From positions 1-27,892 of the forward strand of contig JBFRWI010000127.1 in assembly GCA_051439505.1 (NCBI GenBank): 27,892 bases of DNA, written 5' to 3'. A program made the position numbers and the translations under genes. The stretch comes from Hormoscilla sp. Its GTDB lineage: Bacteria > Cyanobacteriota > Cyanobacteriia > Cyanobacteriales > Desertifilaceae. Of this stretch, positions 8,884-20,100 are shown one piece after another (within the stretch, counting starts at the first letter, position 1; the number at the start of each line of letters is the position of its first letter). The notes beneath the pieces are model-generated. The model searched no databases, was not told the origin of the DNA, and was given only the letters and a program-made list of their open reading frames with translations.

Positions 8884-9846
8884 ATGGAAAATCCTATACC
8901 GGAGCTGGAAGATATCAGCCGGAAGTTGATGAGTATGCAGACGCGACAAAAAAAGCAGAAGCCGAAGATGATGGTGGTGGACGATGAGCCAGATAATCTG
9001 GATCTGCTATACCGCACATTCAGGCGAGAGTTTCAAGTTTACAAAGCCGATAGTGGTATAAAGGCTTTGGAAATATTGGGGGAAGAGGGTGAAGTGGCTG
9101 TGATCATCTCTGACCAGCGGATGCCGGAGATGAAGGGAACGGAGTTCCTGAGTAAGACGGTGCCGGATTTCCCGAATACAATGCGGATTATCCTCACGGG
9201 TTTTACGGATGTAGAAGACCTGGTGGATGCCATAAATTCCGGACAGGTCTACAAGTATATCACAAAGCCTTGGGACCCGAATGACTTGAAGGGGGTGGTG
9301 CAACGGGCGGTAGAGACCTACGAACTCCTGAGGCAAAAGACTCTGGAGTTGCAGCGGGCTGAGGCTCAAATGGCATTGTTGAAGACGATCGTTCAGGTCG
9401 CAGGAGATGAATCAAGCTTGTCGGACTCCCTAGAGCCGATCGCGATCGCTTTTGGCAAGAATTTCGCAGCCGATGTCTGTATCCTTCAACTGGTGGAGGC
9501 CGGGCAGCTACAAGCAACTCAAGGCAGTTATGGTACTGGTGAGGTGTCTAACTGGCTGGCAGAAGATCCTCTGGTCCAGGAGGCGATCTCTGCTGCGGAA
9601 TTTCAGATTTCGCCGAATATCCCAGGTGATAAAGCTCATGCGGATGTAGAGCATTACAAAGCTAGTGGCATTAAAGCTCATCTGGTTACGCCTATTATCT
9701 ATCAGAGCGAAATGCTAGCAGTGCTGTCCCTGCAATGGCAGCAACCCAGCAAACTGCGAGAGGATGAACTGGTACTGATTCACCTCTGTGCTCAACAGGT
9801 GGGCCTGGTGCTAGTCTGTGCTCGCGACTATAAATCCCCAGCTTGA
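8884..9846 (+). CDS. Response regulator, receiver plus GAF-like domain
   Basis: VVDDEPDN, IISDQRMPEMKG, ILTG, YITKPW; C-terminal AHLVTPIIYQSEMLAVLSLQ GAF-like motif; ATG 8884 chosen as start. Confidence 0.88.
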   Translation: MENPIPELEDISRKLMSMQTRQKKQKPKMMVVDDEPDNLDLLYRTFRREFQVYKADSGIKALEILGEEGEVAVIISDQRMPEMKGTEFLSKTVPDFPNTMRIILTGFTDVEDLVDAINSGQVYKYITKPWDPNDLKGVVQRAVETYELLRQKTLELQRAEAQMALLKTIVQVAGDESSLSDSLEPIAIAFGKNFAADVCILQLVEAGQLQATQGSYGTGEVSNWLAEDPLVQEAISAAEFQISPNIPGDKAHADVEHYKASGIKAHLVTPIIYQSEMLAVLSLQWQQPSKLREDELVLIHLCAQQVGLVLVCARDYKSPA

Positions 9847-9848
9847 GT

Positions 9849-10547
9849 ATGAGTGACAGTCAAGTTCGCGTTCTGTTTGATAGAATTGCACCGGTATACG
9901 ACCAGTTGAATGACTGGTTCAGTCTGGGTCAACACCGGATATGGAAACACATGACTCTTAAGTGGTGCCAGGCAAAGGCATCAGATGTATGCTTGGACTT
10001 GTGCTGTGGTAGTGGCGATATGGCTTTGTTACTGGCAGGTCAGGTAGGTGCTTCTGGTCGAGTCTATGGGGTGGATTTTGCGCCGCAACTCCTGGCGATC
10101 GCCCAAGAACGGTGCGATCGCCTGTACCCGAAGCCGGACATTTGCTGGGTAGAAGCTGATGTTCTGAATTTGCCTTTTAGCGATAATTTCTTTGATGCGG
10201 CGACGATGAGCTATGGACTGCGGAATGTAACGGATATTCCCGGTTGTCTCGGTGAGTTGCATCGGGTACTCAAACCGGGTGCCTCTGCTGCGATCCTAGA
10301 TTTTCATCGTCCCCGTCAGCCAGCAGCTAGAGCTTTTCAGCAGTGGTATCTAGATAATATTGTGGTGCCAGTCGCCCAGCAATTGGGTCTGTCTGAAGAA
10401 TATGCTTATATTGCTCCTAGTCTGGATCGTTTCCCCAATGGTACTGAGCAGGTGAGTTTAGCTCGTCAAGCCGGATTTGCGATCGCTACACATTATCCCA
10501 TCGCTAGCGATCTGATGGGAGTATTGGTGGTGAAAAAGCCTGATTAG
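9849..10547 (+). CDS. menG: UbiE/MenG-family quinone methyltransferase (phylloquinone pathway)
   Basis: [36 protein letters not shown]. Confidence 0.9.
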   Translation: MSDSQVRVLFDRIAPVYDQLNDWFSLGQHRIWKHMTLKWCQAKASDVCLDLCCGSGDMALLLAGQVGASGRVYGVDFAPQLLAIAQERCDRLYPKPDICWVEADVLNLPFSDNFFDAATMSYGLRNVTDIPGCLGELHRVLKPGASAAILDFHRPRQPAARAFQQWYLDNIVVPVAQQLGLSEEYAYIAPSLDRFPNGTEQVSLARQAGFAIATHYPIASDLMGVLVVKKPD

Positions 10548-10608
10548 TTATTCTTTGTTATTTGATAACAACGTTCCAACTAACAACGTTCTAACTAAGA
10601 TTGTTGCT

Positions 10609-11838
10609 TTGAATATTGCGGAATTATGGATTTATCTGGTGCCGCCCCTGGCGGGTGGAGTGATTGGCTATTTCACGAATGATTTAGCCATTAAGATGTT
10701 ATTTCGCCCTTACCGACCTATCAAAGTCGGCGGGCGGAAGTTGCCTTTTACTCCCGGTTTGATTCCTAGCAACCAGGCCCGTTTGGCCAAGCGGGTGGCT
10801 GATACTATTATGGGGTCGCTGCTGACGCCGGAGGAGTTGCAAAATCTGGCGAAACGCTTGCTGCAAACGGAACGAACTCAGGCGGGTATTCTCTGGTTGC
10901 TGAAGCTGGCGATCGAGCAAATTCAATCTGATAAAGAGCAGAAAACTGCTAAGATATTAGCAGGTATTCTCCGAGATTTACTGGGGAAATCTCTGCCCAG
11001 AGTCATAAAGGTATTGGCAAGGCGGGAAGATTTCCTGCAAGAACAGCTAAATCAAATTTTTGACAGGGTTTTGGTGGAATTTCAACTGACTGAAGAACAG
11101 GCCCGATCGCTTGCTGATTGGCTGTTTCAGGTAGTGTTTCCTCCGGAAGTGATCCGCCTGGCGATCGTTGGTTTTCTTACGGACCGCAATATCCAGGTAA
11201 TTGATGAGGGGTTTCGGGAAAAGTCGAGTGGCACCTATTGGGTAGTTGCTAATTTGTTAGGTTTGCGGAACTCTTTGACTCGTTTGCGTACCTATTGCTT
11301 GGATGAAAAGTCCGAAACTAATCAACGGATCGGTGAGTTAATTGTCTCTCTGGGTGTAAAAGAAAGCGTCACGGAATGGTTGCGAAGTTTATCTTTGCAA
11401 AATTTGCCCGTGTTGACGGTGCGACAGTTGCGGAAAACCATGCGAGATGCGGTGCGCAATTATATTCAAAGTCGCGGTGCGGATCTGCTTAAGGGTTTGG
11501 GTGAGTCGATCGACTGGGAAAATTTGGCGAAGTTAGCGATCAACCGTCTGCGGAATTCGGCGGTGCTGAATTCTTCCCTGGAGGTAGTTAGTAAGGAACT
11601 GGCTTTGGTTTTGGACCGCTATTTGGAAAAAGATTTGGAAGCAATTGTAGCTCAGGCGATACCGATTTTGAATATCGATCGGGTGATTGTCGATCGGGTG
11701 AATGCTACTTCTCCTCGGGATTTAGAGATGGCAATTAATGGCATTGTGAAAAGTGAGTTGCAGGCGATCGTGAATTTGGGTGGGCTATTGGGTGTTGTCG
11801 TGGGATGTCTTCAGGTAGTTGTATTGCTGTTGCGATAA
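10609..11838 (+). CDS. DUF445 family membrane protein
   Basis: [20 protein letters not shown]...TPGLIP and C-terminal [13 protein letters not shown]; start uncertain (TTG 10555 or 10609). Confidence 0.88.
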   Translation: MNIAELWIYLVPPLAGGVIGYFTNDLAIKMLFRPYRPIKVGGRKLPFTPGLIPSNQARLAKRVADTIMGSLLTPEELQNLAKRLLQTERTQAGILWLLKLAIEQIQSDKEQKTAKILAGILRDLLGKSLPRVIKVLARREDFLQEQLNQIFDRVLVEFQLTEEQARSLADWLFQVVFPPEVIRLAIVGFLTDRNIQVIDEGFREKSSGTYWVVANLLGLRNSLTRLRTYCLDEKSETNQRIGELIVSLGVKESVTEWLRSLSLQNLPVLTVRQLRKTMRDAVRNYIQSRGADLLKGLGESIDWENLAKLAINRLRNSAVLNSSLEVVSKELALVLDRYLEKDLEAIVAQAIPILNIDRVIVDRVNATSPRDLEMAINGIVKSELQAIVNLGGLLGVVVGCLQVVVLLLR

Positions 11839-11881
11839 TTGCACTCAATGTGAAATTGCACTCAATTTTTAGATGAGAGCG

Positions 11882-11913
11882 TTGACAAAGCCCGCCTGGG
11901 CGGGCTTTGTTAA
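11882..11913. terminator. Probable bidirectional terminator hairpin
   Basis: ACAAAGCCCGCC-TG-GGCGGGCTTTGT between convergent DUF445 and ferredoxin genes. Confidence 0.65.
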
Positions 11914-11927
11914 GGTAGCCCCAACCC

Positions 11928-12383
11928 TTAGGATGAGGGATGCTTGCGGTCGAGCTTGATCTGTTGCAAGCGGCGGTTGCTCGCAGCATGACTAGCAGGA
12001 AATCCCGGCACGGGTATTACTTGATACTTCCGTTCCTCTTCCAACTGCTTGAGCTGGGTGTAATCTACCCAGTGGATGCAGTCAACCGGACAGGTGTCGA
12101 TCGCCTCCTGAATTAGTTCTTCAGAGTCGCCATCTTGCCTGACTACCCGCGATCGCCCGTATTCTGGTTCGATGTAAAATGTATTCCGGGCGACGTGACC
12201 GCAATGTTTACAGCCGATACAGGTAATTTCATCGACGTAAACCCCCTTTTGCCGCCAGACTCCACCCAGTTCGGGCTCGAAACCGGAACGTTCCGGTTCG
12301 TCTCGCCAGACCCCTCCTAATTCGGGCTCGAAACCAGAGGGTGAGGGGTCTTCTGCCAGTGGATCTAGAACAAAATCATCCAT
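11928..12383 (-). CDS. Bacterial-type ferredoxin (Fer4_13-like)
   Basis: VYVDEITCIGCKHCGHVA and AIDTCPVDCIHWV cysteine motifs. Confidence 0.9.
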   Translation of the reverse strand: MDDFVLDPLAEDPSPSGFEPELGGVWRDEPERSGFEPELGGVWRQKGVYVDEITCIGCKHCGHVARNTFYIEPEYGRSRVVRQDGDSEELIQEAIDTCPVDCIHWVDYTQLKQLEEERKYQVIPVPGFPASHAASNRRLQQIKLDRKHPSS

Positions 12384-12769
12384 TAGGAACTCCAGCGTTG
12401 CAGCACTAAGCGGATAGAACCATCTTCATTTTTCTGTTGTTCGGCCAGTTGAAAGCCCTGCTTCGCCGTTTCCTGGACCACGGTGTGGTAGGCGTAACGC
12501 TGGGTAATCTTCTTCAGGAAACCGTCCACAGACAGGTTTTGCTGCCAGAACTGCATGTCGGAAACCATTTCATACTCTTGACCGTTCCAACTGAAGCCGA
12601 TATCGTATCCATTGTCTTGCTCAATGGCCACTTCAGCATTGTGAGTCTGTCCCCGATAACCCCGCACGGGGACCGGACCCGGTTTCCAATCAATGTTCAG
12701 TTCTGTTAACGCAGCTTGCAAAGATTCCAGGTTACGGATTTTTGTTTTGATTTGGCTAAAGTGTGACAT
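12383..12769 (-). CDS. ycf35: Ycf35 / DUF1257 family protein
   Basis: MSHFSQIKTKI...VRGYRGQT...DIGFSWNGQEYEMVSDMQFWQQ; stop overlaps ferredoxin start. Confidence 0.9.
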   Translation of the reverse strand: MSHFSQIKTKIRNLESLQAALTELNIDWKPGPVPVRGYRGQTHNAEVAIEQDNGYDIGFSWNGQEYEMVSDMQFWQQNLSVDGFLKKITQRYAYHTVVQETAKQGFQLAEQQKNEDGSIRLVLQRWSS

Positions 12770-12828
12770 TTCTCTTCTAATTGGTTGTTGTGTACAAAAA
12801 AAGGACATCCTGCACCTGGTGGAGGAAC

Positions 12829-13038
12829 TTACCACTCGCTAAAAGTTGCTTGGGTGGTAACCGCCTCATGCTGTTGATGCACTTGGGCAAAAAACTCAGA
12901 AGTCTGTTCTTGCTTGAGCACTTTGCCCAGCTGGGCTTCGATGGCCGCAGTTACTTCCGCGCAGGAAGTGCCCACAATGCCAGTGACTTTCTCCAATACC
13001 CGACCGTCGGGGTAGATCACGAACTCTAGGGTTTCCAT
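12829..13038 (-). CDS. DUF2997 family protein
   Basis: METLEFVIYPDGRVLEKVTGIVGTSCAEVTAAIEAQLG; usual partner upstream of ycf35. Confidence 0.88.
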   Translation of the reverse strand: METLEFVIYPDGRVLEKVTGIVGTSCAEVTAAIEAQLGKVLKQEQTSEFFAQVHQQHEAVTTQATFSEW

Positions 13039-13291
13039 AGGCTTCGCTATCAGGTGAGGCCACGTTGTTGGCCCGCGTACCGCAAAAGCGCGATACCTGG
13101 GGCTGAACTATGTAAACAATCGCAGCATAATGATTTAAATCGTAACAAAACTTAGTATACAGTATAAGCAATATTCTCATTTATATGTCAGTTTTATTTA
13201 TATTTTCTATAGAGTTATGTCCAGAGTAGGGGCGACAATCGGCTGTCTCGGGTAGAATGAGCGTCACAACAATCAGCTAGGAGTCTGGTAA

Positions 13292-14308
13292 ATGAGTACA
13301 ACGCAAGTGATGGAGCCCAAGGCACCGGTTGTCGGCTCGCGGGCCAAGGATCCCATACGGGTGGGTATCCTGGGTTTTGGCGGTTTGGGACAGGCGGCGG
13401 CTAAGGTTCTGGCCCCGAAACGGGAGATGCTTTGGGTGGCTGTTGCCGATCGCCTGGGTTACGCTTACGATCCCAAGGGGTTAAATGTCGAATGCGGTCT
13501 GCCGAATGGCAATAATGGCAACTCCACCAAGAGCGATCGCAGCATTTCTGATTTAATTGCGACGGGAACTGAGGTGGATGGTTATTTTCTGGCTTTGCCG
13601 AATTTGCCGAATACCTTTATGGCGGATGTAGTGCGGCAGTTTATCGCTTCGGGTTGGCGCGGGGTGCTGGTGGATGCCCTTAAGCGTACCAGTGCGGTTG
13701 AGCAATTGTTGAAGTTGCAGTCGGATCTGCAAGCAGCGGGGATTACTTACATGACCGGTTGCGGTGCCACCCCGGGGTTATTGACGGCAGCAGCGGCCTT
13801 GGCGGCCCAGAGTTATGCAGAAATTCACAGCGTGAAGATTACTTTTGGAGTGGGAATTGCTAATTGGGAAGCTTATCGGGCTACTATTCGGGAGGATATT
13901 GCTCATATGCCCGGTTATGACGTGGAGAAGGCCCGGGGGATGAGCGATGCTGAGGTGGCCGCCCTGTTGGATAAAACTAATGGCATCTTGGCCCTGGAAG
14001 ATATGGAACATGCCGATGATATTATGTTGGAATTGGCGGGCATTTGCGATCGCGATCGGGTTTCGGTAGGTGGAGTTGTGGATACGCGGAATCCCAAGAA
14101 GCCTCTGAGTACGAATGTGAAAGTAACGGGTCGTACCTTTGAAGGCAAGATTTCTACCCATACCTTTACTTTAGGGGATGAAACTAGCATGGCAGCCAAT
14201 GTGTGCGGTCCTGCCTTTGGTTATCTGAAAGCTGGGGTTTCATTGCATCGGCGGGGAATATATGGGTTGTTTACTGCTGCGGAAGTGATGCCCCTGTTTG
14301 TGCGGTAG
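13292..14308 (+). CDS. bioU: BioU, dehydrogenase-like enzyme replacing BioA in cyanobacterial biotin synthesis
   Basis: Rossmann [62 protein letters not shown], recalled as matching Synechocystis Slr0355. Confidence 0.85.
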   Translation: MSTTQVMEPKAPVVGSRAKDPIRVGILGFGGLGQAAAKVLAPKREMLWVAVADRLGYAYDPKGLNVECGLPNGNNGNSTKSDRSISDLIATGTEVDGYFLALPNLPNTFMADVVRQFIASGWRGVLVDALKRTSAVEQLLKLQSDLQAAGITYMTGCGATPGLLTAAAALAAQSYAEIHSVKITFGVGIANWEAYRATIREDIAHMPGYDVEKARGMSDAEVAALLDKTNGILALEDMEHADDIMLELAGICDRDRVSVGGVVDTRNPKKPLSTNVKVTGRTFEGKISTHTFTLGDETSMAANVCGPAFGYLKAGVSLHRRGIYGLFTAAEVMPLFVR

Positions 14309-14317
14309 GTGCTTTTT

Positions 14318-14554
14318 CAATACTTCTCGGTTAAGAATATAGGTTGTCATTGCGAGGGGGGGGGTACTCCACGATTAACTTATGCTCCCATTGAGTCAAC
14401 CCCCCCCCCCGAAGCAATCCCCCCGCCCGTATAATATTAAGAGCACGAATTGCGTCGTCGGTGAGATTGCTTCGGGGGCTCCTTAGCTGTGATTCCTTAA
14501 ATCTCGGTTTTCGTTTCCCCCTCGCAATGACAGATTATTAACCGAGAGGTATTG
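14318..14554. mobile_element. 237-bp MITE with CAATAC ends and ~10-bp target duplication
   Basis: TIRs CAATACTTCTCGGTTAA / TTAACCGAGAGGTATTG (16/17); flanks GGTGCTTTTT (14308-14317) and GGTGATTTTT (14555-14564). Confidence 0.8.
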
Positions 14555-14609
14555 GGTGATTTTTTACTTCCAGAAACCGGGTTTCTTTGTTTAACTTGCT
14601 TAAGGAAGT

Positions 14610-14771
14610 GATATAGCAGTTCTCAAATTGTCGCGATCTGCTGTTGGGGAGATTGCTTCGGGGGGGTTCGCTCACAAAGCATAAGTCGAATCGCTACGTA
14701 CCCCCCCCCCTCGCAATGACAAATTGGCGATCGAGCTGTACCACATCAATGCATTCGAGATGAGCTATATC
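14610..14771. mobile_element. TATAGC-ended MITE-like element, copy 1
   Basis: GATATAGC...GCTATATC ends with further imperfect inverted match; colinear with 15616-15768. Confidence 0.7.
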
Positions 14772-14857
14772 TGGTGAGGCAACCGCAGCATCGGGTTGGG
14801 TTGAGCCAACCTAGGAACTACTTTTGACCGCACTCGGTTGAGTTCACCGGTGCTTGT

Positions 14858-15017
14858 GGGTGTGGTCAAAAACCGTTGGTACGGGGAGATCCTCGCGGGG
14901 GCCGGGCGAAGCATTCGGAAAGGACATCTATCTTGTGATGTCATCATTTGTCACCCGAATGCTTCGCCCCTACAGTTATCGGCAACAAATGACTATCAAC
15001 TACTTTTGACCACACCC
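14858..15017. mobile_element. 160-bp MITE with 14-bp TIRs and 9-bp target duplication
   Basis: GGGTGTGGTCAAAA / TTTTGACCACACCC; GGTGCTTGT on both sides (14849-14857, 15018-15026); internal inverted pair GGGCGAAGCATTCGG / CCGAATGCTTCGCCCCTAC. Confidence 0.85.
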
Positions 15018-15098
15018 GGTGCTTGTTGAAAATTTACTTATCTCAGTATGTGATTGATTTTACGGTATCATCTGGTATGAGGTTCCGCACTTTTAGAA

Positions 15099-15142
15099 CT
15101 TACTGGGTGCTTACTGGGTGCTTACTGGGTGCTTACTGAATA
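15099..15142. repeat. 11-bp tandem repeat CTTACTGGGTG
   Basis: Three exact units and one degenerate unit. Confidence 0.85.
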
Positions 15143-15615
15143 CTTGAAAAGGGGTGGTGGAGTTGGGGGAGTTACGCGGCGATCGGATATTTCCATTGAG
15201 ATCGACGCGCGCTTGACCACACCCCTGCTGGTTGCATCTTATCTTGCGACCGGCAATAGTTTGATTTGTTTGCGGAATTCCTTAACTTTTATTGCAAAAA
15301 GTTAAGAGAATTAAGGAAGTTGAAAATAACGCACTCAGAAGCTACAAGGTTCAAAAACCTCTCTGGGTCTAGCTTTCCAGGATTTTTTCCACAAATATTC
15401 AGTTCCTATGGGGATATTTGGCTTCTCAGACTGCGGTTACCTATCTGTGTATTCGTCAATACATAAGGCGGTTATCTAGCGGCTACATTCCTTGCTAGAA
15501 CTGGACTTTACCTATGTTTTTATTTCTTTACAAAAATTTACCTGAGTAATGTACCTCAATTAGATTGAATAGGGTTATGATGGAAAACGTAGGCGAAGTT
15601 TGAGGTGAATTAAGA

Positions 15616-15768
15616 TATAGCAATTCTCAGATTAGTGTGATATGCTGTCGGAGATTGCTTCGGGGGGGAACTCATAAAACATAAGTTACTCGTTACTCGC
15701 TAGTCTCCCCCCCTCGCAATGACAAATAAGCAATTTTGCTATACCACATCAATTTGAGAAACGCTATA
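15616..15768. mobile_element. TATAGC-ended MITE-like element, copy 2
   Basis: TATAGCAATTCTCAGATT / AATTTGAGAAACGCTATA (15/18 inverted match); same internal GATTGCTTCG...CTCGCAATGACA module as copy 1. Confidence 0.7.
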
Positions 15769-15951
15769 ACTGGGCGGGCACGTTTAGCTATTGGGAACTG
15801 GCTGAAGAATGATGTGCTTTGGCCAGGAAGATGGCGGGTGTATGAAAAAAATAGATGAGAAAACGCTCTCCTCGGTGGCAGGTAATTGACTACCGTTGGT
15901 TTCGGCAGTTAAGATAGAGTTAAGCAAGGGTGTATGGGAGGGATGATAGAT

Positions 15952-16746
15952 ATGAAGAAATGGAAGAAATGGCAGATAATATTGCCGGTTGCATCTGTGG
16001 CTTTGGTGGGAATAGTTGGGAATAGACCGGCAGAAGCGGCGGCCCTGACGTTCTTTGGAGAGGACTTAACGACGGTTAAAGACCAAGTTCTGAGTGCGAC
16101 TCCGAATGCGGATAAAGCTCGCAATGATTTCCTATCCTATTTAACAGGAGTAGGGGTGGAAAGTTTTGAGGGGTTTGCACCGGCAAGCACTGGTCCTTTG
16201 AGTCTCAATTTCGGCGGGACAACGGCTACTTTGACGGGTGATGGACAGGTAAAGCAAGGTGCTGATGCCGGTGCTTACGCGACATCTGGAAGCCAATATT
16301 GGAGTTGGACTGGCCCAGATGCTACCGATGATAACCCGTCCGAAGGGTTTACTATACAGTTTGATGAGGCGCAAACGGCTTTCGGTTTCTCGGCGACAGA
16401 TGTGGGAGATACTTTTGGCGGCAGTAACTTGATTTTAAGTTTCGGTCTTGCCAATGGTGGCACTAAGAATGTTACGATTGACAATAGCTTGGCGGCTGAT
16501 GGAAATCGGGGTGGTTCTGTACTATTCGCCGGTTGGATAGATGAAGAGAACCCGTTTCTAAGCGTGACTTATGGAAGCAGTCGCCTGATTAATTGGGATG
16601 GTTTTGCTTTTGATGATTTCACGATCGGTATATTGGAGGAGGAGGTTGAACCTCCAGCACCTGTTCCGGAACCGTCCTCGCTGTTGGGTTTATTGGGGAT
16701 CGGAGTTGTGATGGCTGTGGGTTCTTTGGTCAAAGGTAAGAGGTAA
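15952..16746 (+). CDS. PEP-CTERM sorting-domain surface protein
   Basis: Basic then hydrophobic signal peptide ending PAEAA; C-terminal VPEPSSLLGLLGIG, TM segment and KGKR. Confidence 0.92.
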   Translation: MKKWKKWQIILPVASVALVGIVGNRPAEAAALTFFGEDLTTVKDQVLSATPNADKARNDFLSYLTGVGVESFEGFAPASTGPLSLNFGGTTATLTGDGQVKQGADAGAYATSGSQYWSWTGPDATDDNPSEGFTIQFDEAQTAFGFSATDVGDTFGGSNLILSFGLANGGTKNVTIDNSLAADGNRGGSVLFAGWIDEENPFLSVTYGSSRLINWDGFAFDDFTIGILEEEVEPPAPVPEPSSLLGLLGIGVVMAVGSLVKGKR

Positions 16747-16779
16747 GAGATAATAGGAAATATCCAGCATAGCGGCGGG

Positions 16780-16975
16780 ATCCCCCCTAGCCCCCCTTAG
16801 AAAGGGGGGGACCGGAGGAAGAAAGAGAAAGTAGGGTGGGCACCGCCCACCATTCGCGGGTTGGGGCAATAAAAACCAACACTGGAAGTGACCGCAGGGA
16901 TAGGATAGAAAAGAGAAAAAAGTAGGGTGGGCACCGCCCACAATTCTGGGGTTGAGGTAATAATGACAAAACCAG
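16780..16975 (+). repeat. CCCCCCTTAGAAAGGGGGG hairpin and two GTAG-type REP-like units in a ~91-bp tandem repeat
   Basis: GTAGGGTGGGCACCGCCCAC at 16831 and 16922 with similar flanks; same family as 2498-2552. Confidence 0.75.
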
Positions 16976-17195
16976 GGAACAGTCTGGAAAAAAGATCGCT
17001 TGCTGTCGGGAAAAGAGTATGGAGAGGGTGTAGTAAAATGAAGAATGAAAATTCTAAAAAGCTGTGTCAGATTTAGCGAAGAACTAGCTAATATTAGGGA
17101 AGAGATTTGACCCGTTAGAGGCGACGGGGATAAAGCATGCGCGGGCGAAGAGAAGAAAAGAGTAAAATTAATTAGGGTGTAGAGGGTGTAGGAAA

Positions 17196-20100
17196 ATGAC
17201 TACTGAAAAAAATATCAATCAACTGTCAGATTTAGATTTATCGAATAACCAGCTATTATTGACGGAATTTGACCCATTGTCTTCGGAGTTTCCTGGTAAT
17301 GGGGGCGGTACTGGGGATATCTCTGTTAGAATTGTGGAGGAAATACCCCCGATCGCGCCGGCGCTGGCACCAGAAGTAAATGAGATTGCACCAGCTAATC
17401 ACACTAGCAGTAGTGATATAGATGTAGGTGCCGATGCAGATATCTTAATTGGCGATCGGGGAACGGGGGAATTTGATGTCCTGACTAACCAGCAGTCTAC
17501 GGCAGATGCACCGGTTAACCTGTTGGGGTGGTCTTTTAATGTGGTACCCGAAGTACTGCATTTTGGGGACGGCATCGAGATGGAGTTGGTGGTGGAAAAT
17601 GCAGATGCCGGTGATGCTGGCACCTTTGATGTGGCGTTCTACATGTCAGGGGACGATCGCTTCGATAGTGAAGATTATTATTTTGGCAATTTGACGGTAG
17701 ATGGTCTGGCGGGTAATGGTAAAACGGAACTGTTAGCTATAAGTTTTGTTTTACCGCCGGCGACGGACCCTTATTGGGATACTGTCGGGGATGATGTTAC
17801 TATCGGGATGGTGGTAGATATCGCTAATGCGATCGCGGAGACGGATGAATACGATAATGTTCGCGTTCTCTCGGAGGTAGATGCGGAAACTGTGGCGATC
17901 GCCCCTGGAGATCCAGACCCAGATCCAGATCCAGATCCAGATCCAGCTGTGGTAAACTTGTCGGGTCTGAGTTTTAATGTGGTCCCGGACTCCCTCACAC
18001 CAGGCGATCGCTTTGAGGTGGAGTACCAGATCCAAAATACGGGAAACTCAGATGTTGGGGAGTTCCCGATATCCTTATATATATCGGCAGATGAAATTAT
18101 CACAACCGCAGATCTGTTGCTGGACGATCTCATTGTTAGTAGTCTCGCAGGAAATAGCAGTAGCGATACTTTGACTGTTAGTCCGATCTTGCCAGATGCG
18201 TCGGATCCTTTCTGGACTGATGATACGGATAATTTCTTTATTGGCGCGATCGCGGATCCTGCTAATCTCATTTCGGAAACGGATGAAACCGATAATGCTA
18301 ACCTGGGAGAGGCGATCGACTACGAAGGCATTCAAATAACTCAACCAGAAGAACCGGTGGAACCGACGGACCCGACTGAGGATGATAAAGTTAATTTGTC
18401 GGGGATGTATTTGAATGTGGTGCAGGAACCTCTAGAGTTTGGCGATGCCTTGGGTATGGAGTTTGTAGTGGGGAATACGGAACCAGGGGAAGCAGAGAAT
18501 GTCCCGGTAACTTTCTACTTGTCAAGGGATGAGATTATTGATGCTTCGGATTATAATTTTGGCAGCTATACCATCGACCTCCTTGCTGGCAATAGCAATA
18601 CGGAATTCTTGACTACTAATGTAACTTTGCCCGGGAGTGACGATCCTTTCTGGAATGGGGATGGTTACTACTATTTCCTGATGGGTGTGGATGTTGATAA
18701 CGGCATTTCCGAGACCGATGAAGGGGATAATAGCAATACTGGGGAGTTGATCGACTGGGATGGAGTAGAGATTACGGACCCCAATAAGATAGACTTGTCG
18801 GCGGTGGCCTTTAATGTGGTCCAGGAACCCCTATCCGCAGGCGATCGCATTGCCGTGGAGTACCAGATCCAGAATACGGAAAACCTTGATGCGGGGGAGT
18901 TTTTGGTAAATATATACCTGTCGGCAGATGGGACGATCGATAGTGAGGATCTGCTGTTGGGTTCGGAAACGATCGGCGGTTTGGCGGGTAATAGTCAGAC
19001 TGACTTGTTGACGGGGAGTTACAGTCTGCCAGCAGCGGACCACCCTATCTGGAATGACAGCAACCTCTATACTATTGGCGCGATGGTGGATGCTGCCAAT
19101 GGGGTGACTGAAAGTAATGAGGATAATAATGCTAATCTGTCAGAATATGTAGATGCCGATAGCGTTCGGATTACTATTCCCATCGAAGAAGCGCCGGTTG
19201 AACCGGTAGAACCGCCCACTCGACCGCAATTTCCCCGGGAAAATCAACCCACGATCGCGATTATCGATACGGGTTTTGCTGCGGATAATCCCGATCTGGA
19301 TTACAGTCGGTTGGTTCTGGGGCGCGATCGCATCGATAACGATAACGATCCTTTACTGACGGGTAGTGGGGACGAACATGGCACCCATGTCCTGGGAATT
19401 ATCGCGGCGACCCAAGATAATGGTATTGGTATTGATGGGCTGAACGATGATGCGCCGATCTGGTTGGCACGGGCAATAGGTTCTGGTGATTGGGCCGCAT
19501 CCCTGACAGAGTTTGTAGATTATACCCGGTCTTCGGCACAGCCTAATGCGATCGCGAATATCAGTTTTGACCTCACCCAAGTTAACCGGAATGGTAGCGT
19601 GACGACGCGCTACGAGTTGACGCCAGAAGAAAGGCAAGCGCTGGGTTATGCGCGGCAGCATGGAGTATTGATCGTGGTAGCGGCGGGTAATGATGCTGGC
19701 GTGATGTCGGTACTGGGTCAGGCATCCCAGGAGTTTGACAATATTATTACGGTGGGGGCTGCGGATGGGTCAAACCGGGCAGTCTATTCTAGCTACGGCA
19801 ATGGTCTGAATATTTTAGCGGGGGGAGGGACTACGGAAAATCCCGTGCTGTCTTTGGTAGGTGATGGCGTGGGGACCATGGCAGGTACGTCGGTGGCAGC
19901 GGCCCAGGTGACCGGTGCAGCTTCCCTGGTGTGGGCCGCTAATCCCGATTTGAATTATCGTCAGGTGATTGAGGCGATAACTGGTTCGGCTACAGATTTG
20001 CAAGCATCGGGATGGGATGCCCAGACGGGTGCGGGGTTGCTGAATGTTGATGAAGCTGTGGAAACGGCAGAAAACATGAGGGGTACGACTTACAACCCGC

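Noticed and set aside
12250..12340. Duplicated SGFEPELGGVWR motif in the ferredoxin N-terminus
   Set aside because: As I recall, this duplication is usual in this cyanobacterial ferredoxin family.
14765..15466. Short ORFs in the bioU to PEP-CTERM interval
   Set aside because: They overlap MITE or repeat sequence and show no recognisable protein features; no transposase is present.
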